A stretch of 40,684 nucleotides of DNA. Source: an uncultured Chloroflexota bacterium. Its GTDB lineage: Bacteria > Chloroflexota > Dehalococcoidia > Lucifugimonadales > GCA-002694895. This document shows, piece after piece, positions 1-8,052 of this stretch. Position 1 is the first letter of the stretch. Each line of letters begins with the position of its first letter. Both the position numbers and the translations under genes were made by a program. Location of the stretch: contig CATLOZ010000003.1 in the NCBI GenBank assembly GCA_950054395.1, positions 1 to 40,684 of the forward strand, written 5' to 3'. The notes beneath the pieces are model-generated. The model saw only the letters and a program-made list of their open reading frames with translations. It had not been told where the DNA came from and ran no database searches.

Positions 1-282
1 CTCACAAATCAAATGTACATTTTGATCAGTATTATTTAAATAGTATATTGCTGGTTTGTGCGGGATATGGGAATGTTGAAGTAATCCTAATTCCTCAAGC
101 GCGTCTAAGGTTCTGTATATAGTAGTTTGGTCAATATTTAATTTAGATTTTTCATTAACCAAATGAGTTAATTGTTTTGCATTAAAATGGAAGTGAATGT
201 TTTTTTCTAATATATTGCAAATTAATTTTCGTGATCCCGTAATTCTGTACCCATTATTTTTCAATGTTTTCAATAAATTCAT
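1..282 (-). CDS. Fur-family transcriptional regulator (partial, runs off the left edge)
   Basis: Not in the ORF track. Manual translation from ATG at 282: MNLLKTLKNNGYRITGSRKLICNILEKNIHFHFNAKQL...IDQTTIYRTLDALEELGLL...NVHLICE. GYRIT.R, TIYRTL..L.E.G and HLIC are Fur/Zur/PerR hallmarks. Confidence 0.88.
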   Translation of the reverse strand, partial: MNLLKTLKNNGYRITGSRKLICNILEKNIHFHFNAKQLTHLVNEKSKLNIDQTTIYRTLDALEELGLLQHSHIPHKPAIYYLNNTDQNVHLICE

Positions 283-338
283 TTGATAATTATACATTAA
301 GGTGTTGAAATAAAATTATGTTATTCAGATATGTAATA

Positions 339-1703
339 ATGAGATAGAAAATTTATGTATTTATACTGATTTTTTTCGTGTTTGGATGTAGTAGCAACGC
401 AAATATTGAGGAATCTGGTCAACAACTAAAGCAACTTGATGAACCTCAAAAGGAAATAACCCCAAAACAACAATTAGATTCTGAGACAATTAAAGAAGAT
501 ACAGAAATTTCTGATGACCAAAATCAGAAAGATCAAAAATTAAAATCCTGTAAATTATCTGGTGGTGAATTAGTTGATGATGGATGGATAGGGAAAGATA
601 CGGGCTCTAATTATTGTAATCAGTGTAAATGCATGAATGGGGCTTTGGCCTGTACTAAGATGGCCTGCTTAGATAATGATTCTTCAGTCAAAGCCCCCGT
701 ACGAGATGTTTCTCAACAAGACGATTCAAAAGCTAAATCCGAAGAAGATGAACGGAAAAAGGATGATGAAGAACGTAAAGAAATTGAAGAAGATGAACGG
801 AAGAAAGAAGAGGCAAATCAACCCGAGTCGAACTCAAAAAAAGATGTTAAAAATAAACCTTTTTATGAAAACAATTGTTCATTGAAACCCGAGATAATTT
901 TAAAAGTATACGGGGATGTTGAACAACATAAGATTGAATCTGCTCAAAAGGCTATTGATAATTTGGACATTGTGTCCTCAGGTATTAAAGTTCCAGTTTA
1001 TGTATTGTTATGGGAAGTTAATGAAGAACGTGGATTGGATGAACAAAATGCAGAACTTTTAACAGATTTTATAATTTCAAAGTTTTTTCCACCTCCCTGG
1101 CCAGGAGATGAAGGTAGTGTTGAACATGTACGAGAAGATATTTATGGTAAAGTTCAGAAAGAATCTATAACTGCCGATTATTACCCAAAATCTTGTGCTG
1201 CAGGAATGTTTATTGCAGCAACAAATGTTTCAGACTTTAAAAATTACATAGGTAAAGTTATTTTCAATGAATATCATCATGTTTGGGATGGATCTTTTTA
1301 TGCTAATTCTCCTGGAGGATTTAAGCAAAACCCAGCTTGGTTAGGTGAGGGGATGGCTGAATATGATGGCATAAAAAAAGCCATAGCTATGGGATGGACA
1401 GATCAGAATTATTTAAATAAACAAATTTCTCAAATTAAATCAAAATTAATTAACAATTCAGATTATATTGATTTAGATAAAGATTCTTTTATAGCTTGCG
1501 ATCATTGCCCTGTCCATTCTTTAGAGAGAGGAATAGTTGCTGTTGATTATATAATAAGCAATTATATTAAGACAGATTTTGATACTTTTGCTAATAAGTA
1601 TTATTTGGACTTAAATAAATTTGGATGGGAAAAAGCTCTAAGTAATGCAGTGGGTGATTATGAGGTTTTTAAAAATTCATTTAAGCAATATGTGTTAAAA
1701 TAA
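339..1703 (+). CDS. Putative lipoprotein with pacifastin-like Cys motif and C-terminal gluzincin-like domain; signal peptide interrupted by in-frame TAG (345-347), possibly a pseudogene
   Basis: The track ORF starts at GTG 378. The same frame upstream reads ATG AGA TAG AAA ATT TAT GTA TTT ATA CTG ATT TTT TTC GTG TTT GGA TGT (MR*KIYVFILIFFVFG-C), a signal peptide with lipobox-like end. Contains CNQCKCMNGALACTKMAC and NEYHH...PAWLGEGMAEY. Confidence 0.7.
741..802 (+). repeat. 17-bp direct repeat GAAGAAGATGAACGGAA (741-757, 786-802) in the charged EEDERKK linker
   Basis: Two exact copies 45 bp apart, within a low-complexity E/K/D/R coding segment. Confidence 0.75.
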
Positions 1704-1730
1704 TTCATCTTTATTTTGCCACATTATTTT

Positions 1731-2921
1731 ATGTTTAAATTGAAATACATAAAAAATGATTTTTATGGAGGAACTACTACAGCAGTGGTAGCTTTACCAT
1801 TAGCCTTGGCTTTTGGGGTAACTTCTGGTATTGGAGCTATTGCAGGACTTTGGGGGGCTATAATATTAGGATTTTTAGCATCTCTTTTCGGAGGAACTAA
1901 AAGTCAGATTTCAGGTCCGACGAGCCCTATGACTATTGTAATGTCTGGGATAGTTTTAACATATAACAATGAATTGGATTTGATTTTTACCATTGTTGTT
2001 CTAACAGGGTTAATTCAAATTTTGTTTGGTATTTTAAGGATTGGGAAATATATTCAATATGTTCCATCACCTGTCATTTCAGGATTTGTAACTGGTATAG
2101 GTTGTATTATAATAATTATTCAATTTGGGCCAATACTGGGTCATCAACTTCAAGGTAAAATTTTCGATATTTTACAGAATCTTATGATCATTAATCATAT
2201 AAATAATGATTCGTTAATAATTGGAATGATTGGATTATTTATATTATTAATTTATCCAAAAAGATTTAATAAATTTATTCCATCACCATTAATTTGTTTA
2301 TTTATTGGAATTTTACTTTCATATTACTTATTTACAAATGCAATATCTTTAAGAGAAATACCTGTAGGCCTACCAGGATTTATTTCATTTAATATGCCAT
2401 TATCTAAAGCTCCATTTATGTTTTTTTCAGCTTTCATTTTAGCTTTATTGGGTTCTGTAGATTCGCTGATAACTTCTTTGATAGCTGATAAAGCTACAAA
2501 TACTAAACATAATTCCAATAAAGAATTAATTGGACAGGGAATAGGAAATACTATTTCAGGCCTATTTGGTGCTCTTCCTGGAGCCGGGGCAACAATGCGT
2601 ACTATGGTAAATATAAAATCAGGTGGAGAGACAAATTTGTCAGGGATGATTCATGCTTTATTATTATTGGGAGTGGTATTGGGATTAGCTCCGTTAGCTG
2701 AAATAATCCCTAATTCTATATTAGCAGGAATATTAATCAAAATAGGATGGGATATTATTGACTGGGATTATATAAAAAATTTCAAGAATGAAAAAGTTAC
2801 AAATTACTGTTTGATGTTATTTGTATTATTTCTTACTGTTTTCATAGATCTGATAATTGCAGTATTTTCAGGTATTGTATTATATTGGATAGTAAATCTG
2901 ATTAATAAAAAATTAAAATGA
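1731..2921 (+). CDS. SulP/SLC26-family anion permease (BicA-like), no STAS domain
   Basis: VVALPLALAFGV.SG, QISGPT, NKELIGQGIGN and GATMRT..N motifs; highly hydrophobic. ATG 1731 preferred over TTG 1716. Confidence 0.9.
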   Translation: MFKLKYIKNDFYGGTTTAVVALPLALAFGVTSGIGAIAGLWGAIILGFLASLFGGTKSQISGPTSPMTIVMSGIVLTYNNELDLIFTIVVLTGLIQILFGILRIGKYIQYVPSPVISGFVTGIGCIIIIIQFGPILGHQLQGKIFDILQNLMIINHINNDSLIIGMIGLFILLIYPKRFNKFIPSPLICLFIGILLSYYLFTNAISLREIPVGLPGFISFNMPLSKAPFMFFSAFILALLGSVDSLITSLIADKATNTKHNSNKELIGQGIGNTISGLFGALPGAGATMRTMVNIKSGGETNLSGMIHALLLLGVVLGLAPLAEIIPNSILAGILIKIGWDIIDWDYIKNFKNEKVTNYCLMLFVLFLTVFIDLIIAVFSGIVLYWIVNLINKKLK

Positions 2922-4096
2922 ATAATGAAATTGTTATAGTAGCAGCAAAAAGAACTCCGATAGGGTCTTTTCAGGGAGTATTTAATAATACAACAGCTGT
3001 TGAATTATCTACTGTGGTAACCAAATCAGTTATAGATCAAATATCTATTGATCCAAATGAAATTGATGAAGTTATAATAGGTTGTGTTTTAACTGCAGGA
3101 TTAGGACAGGCGCCAGCAAGACAAGTTTCAATAGCTTCAGGATTATCTTTAGATACCGGAGCTATTACAGTGAATAAAGTATGTAGTTCTGGTCTACAAA
3201 GTATTTTAATAGGCAACGATATGATAAAGGCAGGGACAGCTAATATAGTTTTAGCTGGTGGTATGGAATCTATGACGATGTCTCCGTACCTTATGCCAAA
3301 TGCCAGGCAGGGATATAGAATGGGATCTGGTGAAGTTATTGATCATATGTTTTATGATGGCCTGCAAAATCCTTATGATCAGAATTTGATGGGATATTTT
3401 GCTGAACAAACATCAAAAAAATATGGGTTTACCAGGGAAGATCAGGATTTATTTTCTATTGAATCAGTTAATAGATCTTTAAGAGCACAAAAGTCGGGAT
3501 TATTTGATGATGAAATTGAACCTGTTGTTGTAAAAACCAGAAGAGATATTACTACAATTTCCAAAGATGAAGAACCAGAGAAATGTGATATTGATAAAAT
3601 TCCATCAATGAGACCAACTTTTGATAAAAATGGTACTGTAACTGCGGCAAGTTCATCCTCGATTTCTGACGGAGCTGCATCCCTGATTATAATGTCTGCT
3701 GATGAAGCTGAAAGCCGAGGATTAAAGCCCCTGGCAATTATACGCGGGCATAAAAGACATTCACAGGAACCTGAATGGTTTACTACAGCAAATATAGGGG
3801 CTATTGATAAATTACAGAAAGAATTGAATTGGAATAAAGATTTAGTCGATTTATACGAAATTAATGAAGCATTTGCGTGTGTAACTATGGCTGCAATGAC
3901 AGATTTGGATATAGATCATAAAAAATTAAATATTCATGGTGGAGCTTGTGCTTTGGGACATCCGATTGGAGCTAGTGCTGCGAGAATTTTGATAACACTT
4001 ATTTATGCTCTCAGAAACAATAAAGGAAAATGTGGCATAGCATCAGCTTGTAATGGTGGTGGTGAGGCAGTTGCAATCGCTATAGAGATTCCATGA
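2918..4096 (+). CDS. Acetyl-CoA C-acetyltransferase (thiolase)
   Basis: RTPIGSF, GQAPARQ, NKVCSSG (catalytic Cys), NEAF, GHPIGA, CNGGG. ATGA overlap with the SulP stop. Confidence 0.95.
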   Translation: MNNEIVIVAAKRTPIGSFQGVFNNTTAVELSTVVTKSVIDQISIDPNEIDEVIIGCVLTAGLGQAPARQVSIASGLSLDTGAITVNKVCSSGLQSILIGNDMIKAGTANIVLAGGMESMTMSPYLMPNARQGYRMGSGEVIDHMFYDGLQNPYDQNLMGYFAEQTSKKYGFTREDQDLFSIESVNRSLRAQKSGLFDDEIEPVVVKTRRDITTISKDEEPEKCDIDKIPSMRPTFDKNGTVTAASSSSISDGAASLIIMSADEAESRGLKPLAIIRGHKRHSQEPEWFTTANIGAIDKLQKELNWNKDLVDLYEINEAFACVTMAAMTDLDIDHKKLNIHGGACALGHPIGASAARILITLIYALRNNKGKCGIASACNGGGEAVAIAIEIP

Positions 4097-4229
4097 AAAA
4101 TAAATTTACTGTCTTTTCATTACAATTTATGGTTTACTATTTCACCTGAAGGTGTTTCAACAAATAATATTGGTCATAAAGTAGCACCGAAAAATTAGAT
4201 TTAATCGTTATTATTGTGGAGGTTTTAAA

Positions 4230-4628
4230 ATGCCATATATTGTAAATCATATTCATTTAAAATCAGAAGATCCAAAATTAACTGCTGATTGGTTTGTTAA
4301 AGCTTTTAATGTTGAAATAGTATCAGATAGAGTAAGAACTTTTGGAGATCGATTCATAGAAACTAAAGCTGAAGGCGGTATGAGGATTTTTATATCTGGA
4401 GCCAGAGATGGAGAAGAGTTGAATCCCCCTGATGATGATGCTCATTATGGATTGGAGCATTTTGGTTTTGATACTGATGATATCGAGTCTGATATCAAAA
4501 GACTTATTGGTATGGGAGCTATACATAAAGAAGGCCCGATTACTATGCCTAGTGGGATGAAAATAGGTTATATAGCTGCACCTGGTGGTATAAGAATAGA
4601 ATTAATTGAACCTCATTTAATGTCTTAA
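4230..4628 (+). CDS. VOC/glyoxalase-family protein
   Basis: N-terminal HIHL, central LEHFGF, C-terminal PGGIRIELIE; GGAGG ribosome-binding site upstream. Confidence 0.85.
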   Translation: MPYIVNHIHLKSEDPKLTADWFVKAFNVEIVSDRVRTFGDRFIETKAEGGMRIFISGARDGEELNPPDDDAHYGLEHFGFDTDDIESDIKRLIGMGAIHKEGPITMPSGMKIGYIAAPGGIRIELIEPHLMS

Positions 4629-4641
4629 GTAGTTTTTATAA

Positions 4642-4669
4642 TTGTGTAAACTTTCCAAACTGATATAAT
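4642..4669 (+). promoter_or_regulatory. Putative sigma70 promoter with extended -10
   Basis: TTGTGT (4642-4647), 16-nt spacer, TATAAT (4664-4669) preceded by TG at 4661-4662. The AT-rich background lowers specificity. Confidence 0.45.
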
Positions 4670-4675
4670 AATCAA

Positions 4676-4887
4676 TCTGTAAGTATGTATATTTTCTATG
4701 GTCAGAAATATATCTTATGGTTTTTTGATAGCTCATTAACTATTAAGGTAATCACAATACATACTTGCAGACCAAAAAGTTATTTTCACTCAGAATTGCC
4801 ACAAGCAAAGCTCGTGCGAAAATTTAGGTATAACACTCCGAAGATATGACATATAAATAAATAATAACCCTTAAAGCCAATCGGCTT
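4676..4887. ncRNA. Candidate structured non-coding RNA, family unrecognised
   Basis: 15-bp inverted repeat with one mismatch (4676-4690 / 4757-4771) enclosing two smaller hairpins; more hairpins at 4800-4816 and 4874-4887; cUUCGg on the minus strand at 4838-4843. Confidence 0.4.
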
Positions 4888-4949
4888 GATCAAATGGATA
4901 TGCTAGAATATTCTTTCAAATTGTAAATATATGGCAAGATTTGAACTTA

Positions 4950-4972
4950 ATAGTGGGAATTATAGTGGGAAT
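4950..4972. repeat. 11-bp direct repeat ATAGTGGGAAT x2 (12-bp period)
   Basis: Exact copies at 4950-4960 and 4962-4972, about 45 bp upstream of tRNA-Trp. Confidence 0.7.
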
Positions 4973-5016
4973 ATGACTAAGTATTCCAATTAATATTCTT
5001 AATCTATGAAGGATAT

Positions 5017-5092
5017 AGGAGCGTAGCTCAGTCGGTAGAGCATTGGTCTCCAAAACCAAGGGTCAGGGGTTCGAACCCTCTCGCTCCTGCCA
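5017..5092 (+). tRNA. tRNA-Trp (anticodon CCA)
   Basis: Cloverleaf: acceptor AGGAGCG/CGCTCCT, D arm GCTC/GAGC, anticodon arm TTGGT-CTCCAAA-ACCAA, T arm AGGGG-TTCGAAC-CCTCT, encoded 3' CCA; 76 nt. Confidence 0.97.
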
Positions 5093-5725
5093 TATATTTA
5101 TAATCTTACACAAATCACTGTTTTTAATTTTTTTACTAAATTTAATAATTTTAAAGTGAAGTAATAATTCGATTAAATTGCAAATGGGTAATCCAATTAC
5201 ATTTAATGTACACCCGTTAATCTTTTGAACTGGAGAATTTTCTCCGTCTTGTATAGCGTATGCACCGGCTTTATCTTTAATATCAAAATTATTTATGTAA
5301 TATCGTATATTTTTTTGACCCCAATTTTTAAAATGTACTTTTGTAACTTTGGTGTTATATTTAATATCACCTGTTTTTGTATTTAGAATTGAAATCGTAG
5401 TTATGACTTCATGTAAATTATTTGAAAATTTAGATAACATTTCAAAAGCATCATTCTCATCTGATGGCTTACCGAAAATTCGATTTTGAAAAGCAATTAT
5501 TGTATCTGCAGCAATTATAAATTCTTTATTATCATTATTTATTTTTTTTAATTTATCATTGCTTGTTTTTATTGAATAAGATTTTGGAAGTTCGTTTTTA
5601 TTTGGCTTAAGTTCTGCTTTATTATTAATTATTACATCAAAATTTATTCCCAAAGATTTCAACAATTCAATTCTTCTGGGTGATTTTGAAGCGAGGCCTA
5701 TAGTTGCATTTTGTGTAAAATACAT
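5063..5725 (-). CDS. maf: Maf-family nucleoside triphosphate pyrophosphatase
   Basis: LASKSPRRIELL, IIAADT, FGKP, DKAGAYAIQ, NVIGLP. The 3' end overlaps tRNA-Trp in antisense. Confidence 0.93.
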   Translation of the reverse strand: MYFTQNATIGLASKSPRRIELLKSLGINFDVIINNKAELKPNKNELPKSYSIKTSNDKLKKINNDNKEFIIAADTIIAFQNRIFGKPSDENDAFEMLSKFSNNLHEVITTISILNTKTGDIKYNTKVTKVHFKNWGQKNIRYYINNFDIKDKAGAYAIQDGENSPVQKINGCTLNVIGLPICNLIELLLHFKIIKFSKKIKNSDLCKIINIWQEREGSNP

Positions 5726-5735
5726 CTTTATATTA

Positions 5736-7061
5736 TTAAGATATTTGAGATTTTGATTTTACCAGTTCGTTTAAAGCAGACAGTACAGTATTTGTATTTT
5801 TAAGCATATATTGTGTTAATTCTTCATTCATTTGATTCAATTTATTATCTTGTTTTAATTGATTGGCATTTCTGGCAATTGATTTTGCAGACTTATAAAA
5901 TTCATTTTGTATTGGTTCCCAAATTTTTCTAATTTCAGAAGCTTTATCGTCATCTAGTATACCTTCCGTCCTACATGATTCTTCAATTGATCTAAATGAC
6001 CACCAGGGACTCTTAGGATCATAATTTTTATTTCCTATAGATAAGATTTTTGGGATTTCACCTTCTATAAACATAGGTATAAATATACCAAGGCAAGGCG
6101 AATACATTGAGGCCCAGTGAATATCTAATTGACTATTATCAGAATGCAATTCAGAAACTAAAGATGCAGCTGTGTTCCCATCAGAATCAGGATCTGGATA
6201 ATGCATACATATTGTTCTTGAATCTAGGAAATTTTGTGATATATTTGAATTTTCTCCGTCTGAATGATCTTTTAATATAAATATAATTTCTTTTACATTT
6301 ATGTTGCTTTTTAAATTTTGAAGATATGTACATGATCTTAATCTTCTGAATTCTCCTCTTCCATCATATCTTGAATCATAATCACAGAATGTTTTTGCAA
6401 AATTCAATTTTGGAGAGTCTATATGCAGGTTTAATGATTTTGCAGTATTAATAGCTGTATCAGATATATTATCCCAATTTGATTCAATTGAATGTATATT
6501 ACTTATTCCTTCAGCATCTTTCACTTTTTTTACTGCCCATTCATGGCCTGCAGTTTCAATGATGTATGCTTCTTTAGGGTCTGCTATTAAATATCCATTA
6601 TCATAGGTTCTTATATTGTGATTATTTTCAAAGACTCCTTGCCCAAATGTAGAAACTAAATCAGTGATAACTTTTACAGCCTCTTTTGCATTTTTAGACC
6701 TTTCTAAAGCTAATCTAACAATCTCCATTCCAATTAATTTAGGGGCGGGTGATGAAGGAATATGAGTTCCTAATCCTTCATTTCCTATTACAACCTGATA
6801 TTCATTGAACCCATGTTCATAACCCCAGCACCAAAAAGGTTTTGAACCTACATGTGCATAAGATATTTTTGTTGATGGAATTTTTATAAACTGGCATTCG
6901 GTATATTTACTTTGATTTTTTATTCTTGGTTTTTGTATTAAAGGTTGGCATTCTAATTTAGGGCGATCAGAATTCTTTCCAAATATAGTAGTATTATTAG
7001 AAGTGGAATTAGGTAATGCGACAACAGTATCACAAGAAATAATTGCTTCTTTAAATTCCAT
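5736..7061 (-). CDS. Peptidase C69 family (secernin/dipeptidase, Ntn-hydrolase)
   Basis: N-terminal SCDT nucleophile, FGKNSDRP, WGYEHGFNEYQVVIGNE, LIGMEIVRLALER. Confidence 0.9.
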   Translation of the reverse strand: MEFKEAIISCDTVVALPNSTSNNTTIFGKNSDRPKLECQPLIQKPRIKNQSKYTECQFIKIPSTKISYAHVGSKPFWCWGYEHGFNEYQVVIGNEGLGTHIPSSPAPKLIGMEIVRLALERSKNAKEAVKVITDLVSTFGQGVFENNHNIRTYDNGYLIADPKEAYIIETAGHEWAVKKVKDAEGISNIHSIESNWDNISDTAINTAKSLNLHIDSPKLNFAKTFCDYDSRYDGRGEFRRLRSCTYLQNLKSNINVKEIIFILKDHSDGENSNISQNFLDSRTICMHYPDPDSDGNTAASLVSELHSDNSQLDIHWASMYSPCLGIFIPMFIEGEIPKILSIGNKNYDPKSPWWSFRSIEESCRTEGILDDDKASEIRKIWEPIQNEFYKSAKSIARNANQLKQDNKLNQMNEELTQYMLKNTNTVLSALNELVKSKSQIS

Positions 7062-7179
7062 AATTTAATCAATTTTTAACTATTTATTTAATTAAAATTA
7101 ATTATGACTATTTAATATTAATTAATCTAGGGTAAATAATAAGAACTTGTTTATAATAATTTTTATATAAATTTTTTAA

Positions 7180-8052
7180 ATGCAAAATATGAATAAACCT
7201 TTATATGAACAGATGAATATTATAGATAAAGATTATGTTTTATCTAAATTGGAGCAATTTCTTTTAGAAGATTCTCCAAATGGAGATCCTACAACAGAAT
7301 TAACAGTTGATATTGAAAAAAATGCTACCGCTTCAGTTATATGTGAAGATGAATGTGTATTTGCTGGTGAACAAATTCTGAATGCATTGGATGATGATTT
7401 TCAAATTAGTATATTTACAAAAGATGGGACTGATTTACTAAAGGGTCAAAAAATTGCAACTTTAGAAGGAAATGCAAGACAATTATTAAAATTGGAAAGA
7501 ATACTTTTGAATTTATTGCAACGTTTATCAGGGATTGCTACTTTAACAAAAAAATATGTAAATATAGTAAATCCCAGTGGAATTAAAATTTTAGATACCC
7601 GTAAAACAACACCAGGATTAAGACTTTTGGAAAAATATGCAGTTAAAGTTGGAGGCGGTTATAATCACAGATTAGATTTATCTTCAGGATTATTAATCAA
7701 AGATAATCACTGGATTGCATCAAAAGAAGATTTTTATAAAATTATAAGAGATTATGATTTGAAATTACCTTTACAGGTAGAAGTTGATAATGAAAATCAG
7801 TTATTAGATTTACTTAATTATAAAGTTGATGCAATTTTATTAGATAATATGGAACCGGAATATGCAAAAAATTGTGTTGATATTATTCGTGCTAAAAGTA
7901 AAAGTATATTTATTGAAATATCTGGTGGTGTTACTTTAGAAAATTTATCTGATTATATAATAGATGGTGTAGATGCAATTTCTTCAGGCGCACTAATGCA
8001 TCAAGCGCAGAATCAAAAGTTAAAATTGGAATTTATGGAAGCTCAGATTTAA
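7180..8052 (+). CDS. nadC: Nicotinate-nucleotide diphosphorylase (quinolinate phosphoribosyltransferase)
   Basis: ER..LN.LQRLSGIAT, DTRKTTPGLR, NHR, IKDNH, LLDNM, EISGG. Confidence 0.96.
   Translation: MQNMNKPLYEQMNIIDKDYVLSKLEQFLLEDSPNGDPTTELTVDIEKNATASVICEDECVFAGEQILNALDDDFQISIFTKDGTDLLKGQKIATLEGNARQLLKLERILLNLLQRLSGIATLTKKYVNIVNPSGIKILDTRKTTPGLRLLEKYAVKVGGGYNHRLDLSSGLLIKDNHWIASKEDFYKIIRDYDLKLPLQVEVDNENQLLDLLNYKVDAILLDNMEPEYAKNCVDIIRAKSKSIFIEISGGVTLENLSDYIIDGVDAISSGALMHQAQNQKLKLEFMEAQI

Noticed and set aside
345-347. Genome-wide TAG or TGA reassignment
   Set aside because: TAG and TGA both end conserved genes at their expected C-termini (fabG, pdxT, thiolase, pdxS), and the tRNA-Trp has an ordinary CCA anticodon.
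676-885. 69-aa alternate-frame ORF in the lipoprotein
   Set aside because: Arises from purine-rich low-complexity linker sequence; no ribosome-binding site or motif.
4093-4198. 18-codon ORF overlapping the thiolase stop, and an open frame continuing past the thiolase TGA
   Set aside because: The thiolase is already complete, no SECIS-like or coding signal was recognised, and such frames are expected by chance.
4676-4771. Purine riboswitch or SRP RNA
   Set aside because: The junction is superficially similar, but the purine-aptamer core (UUUCUACC, CCGUAAA) and the SRP domain IV motif are absent, and no protein gene follows.
5017-5092. Integrated element at tRNA-Trp
   Set aside because: No integrase and no duplicated tRNA 3' end were seen in the window.
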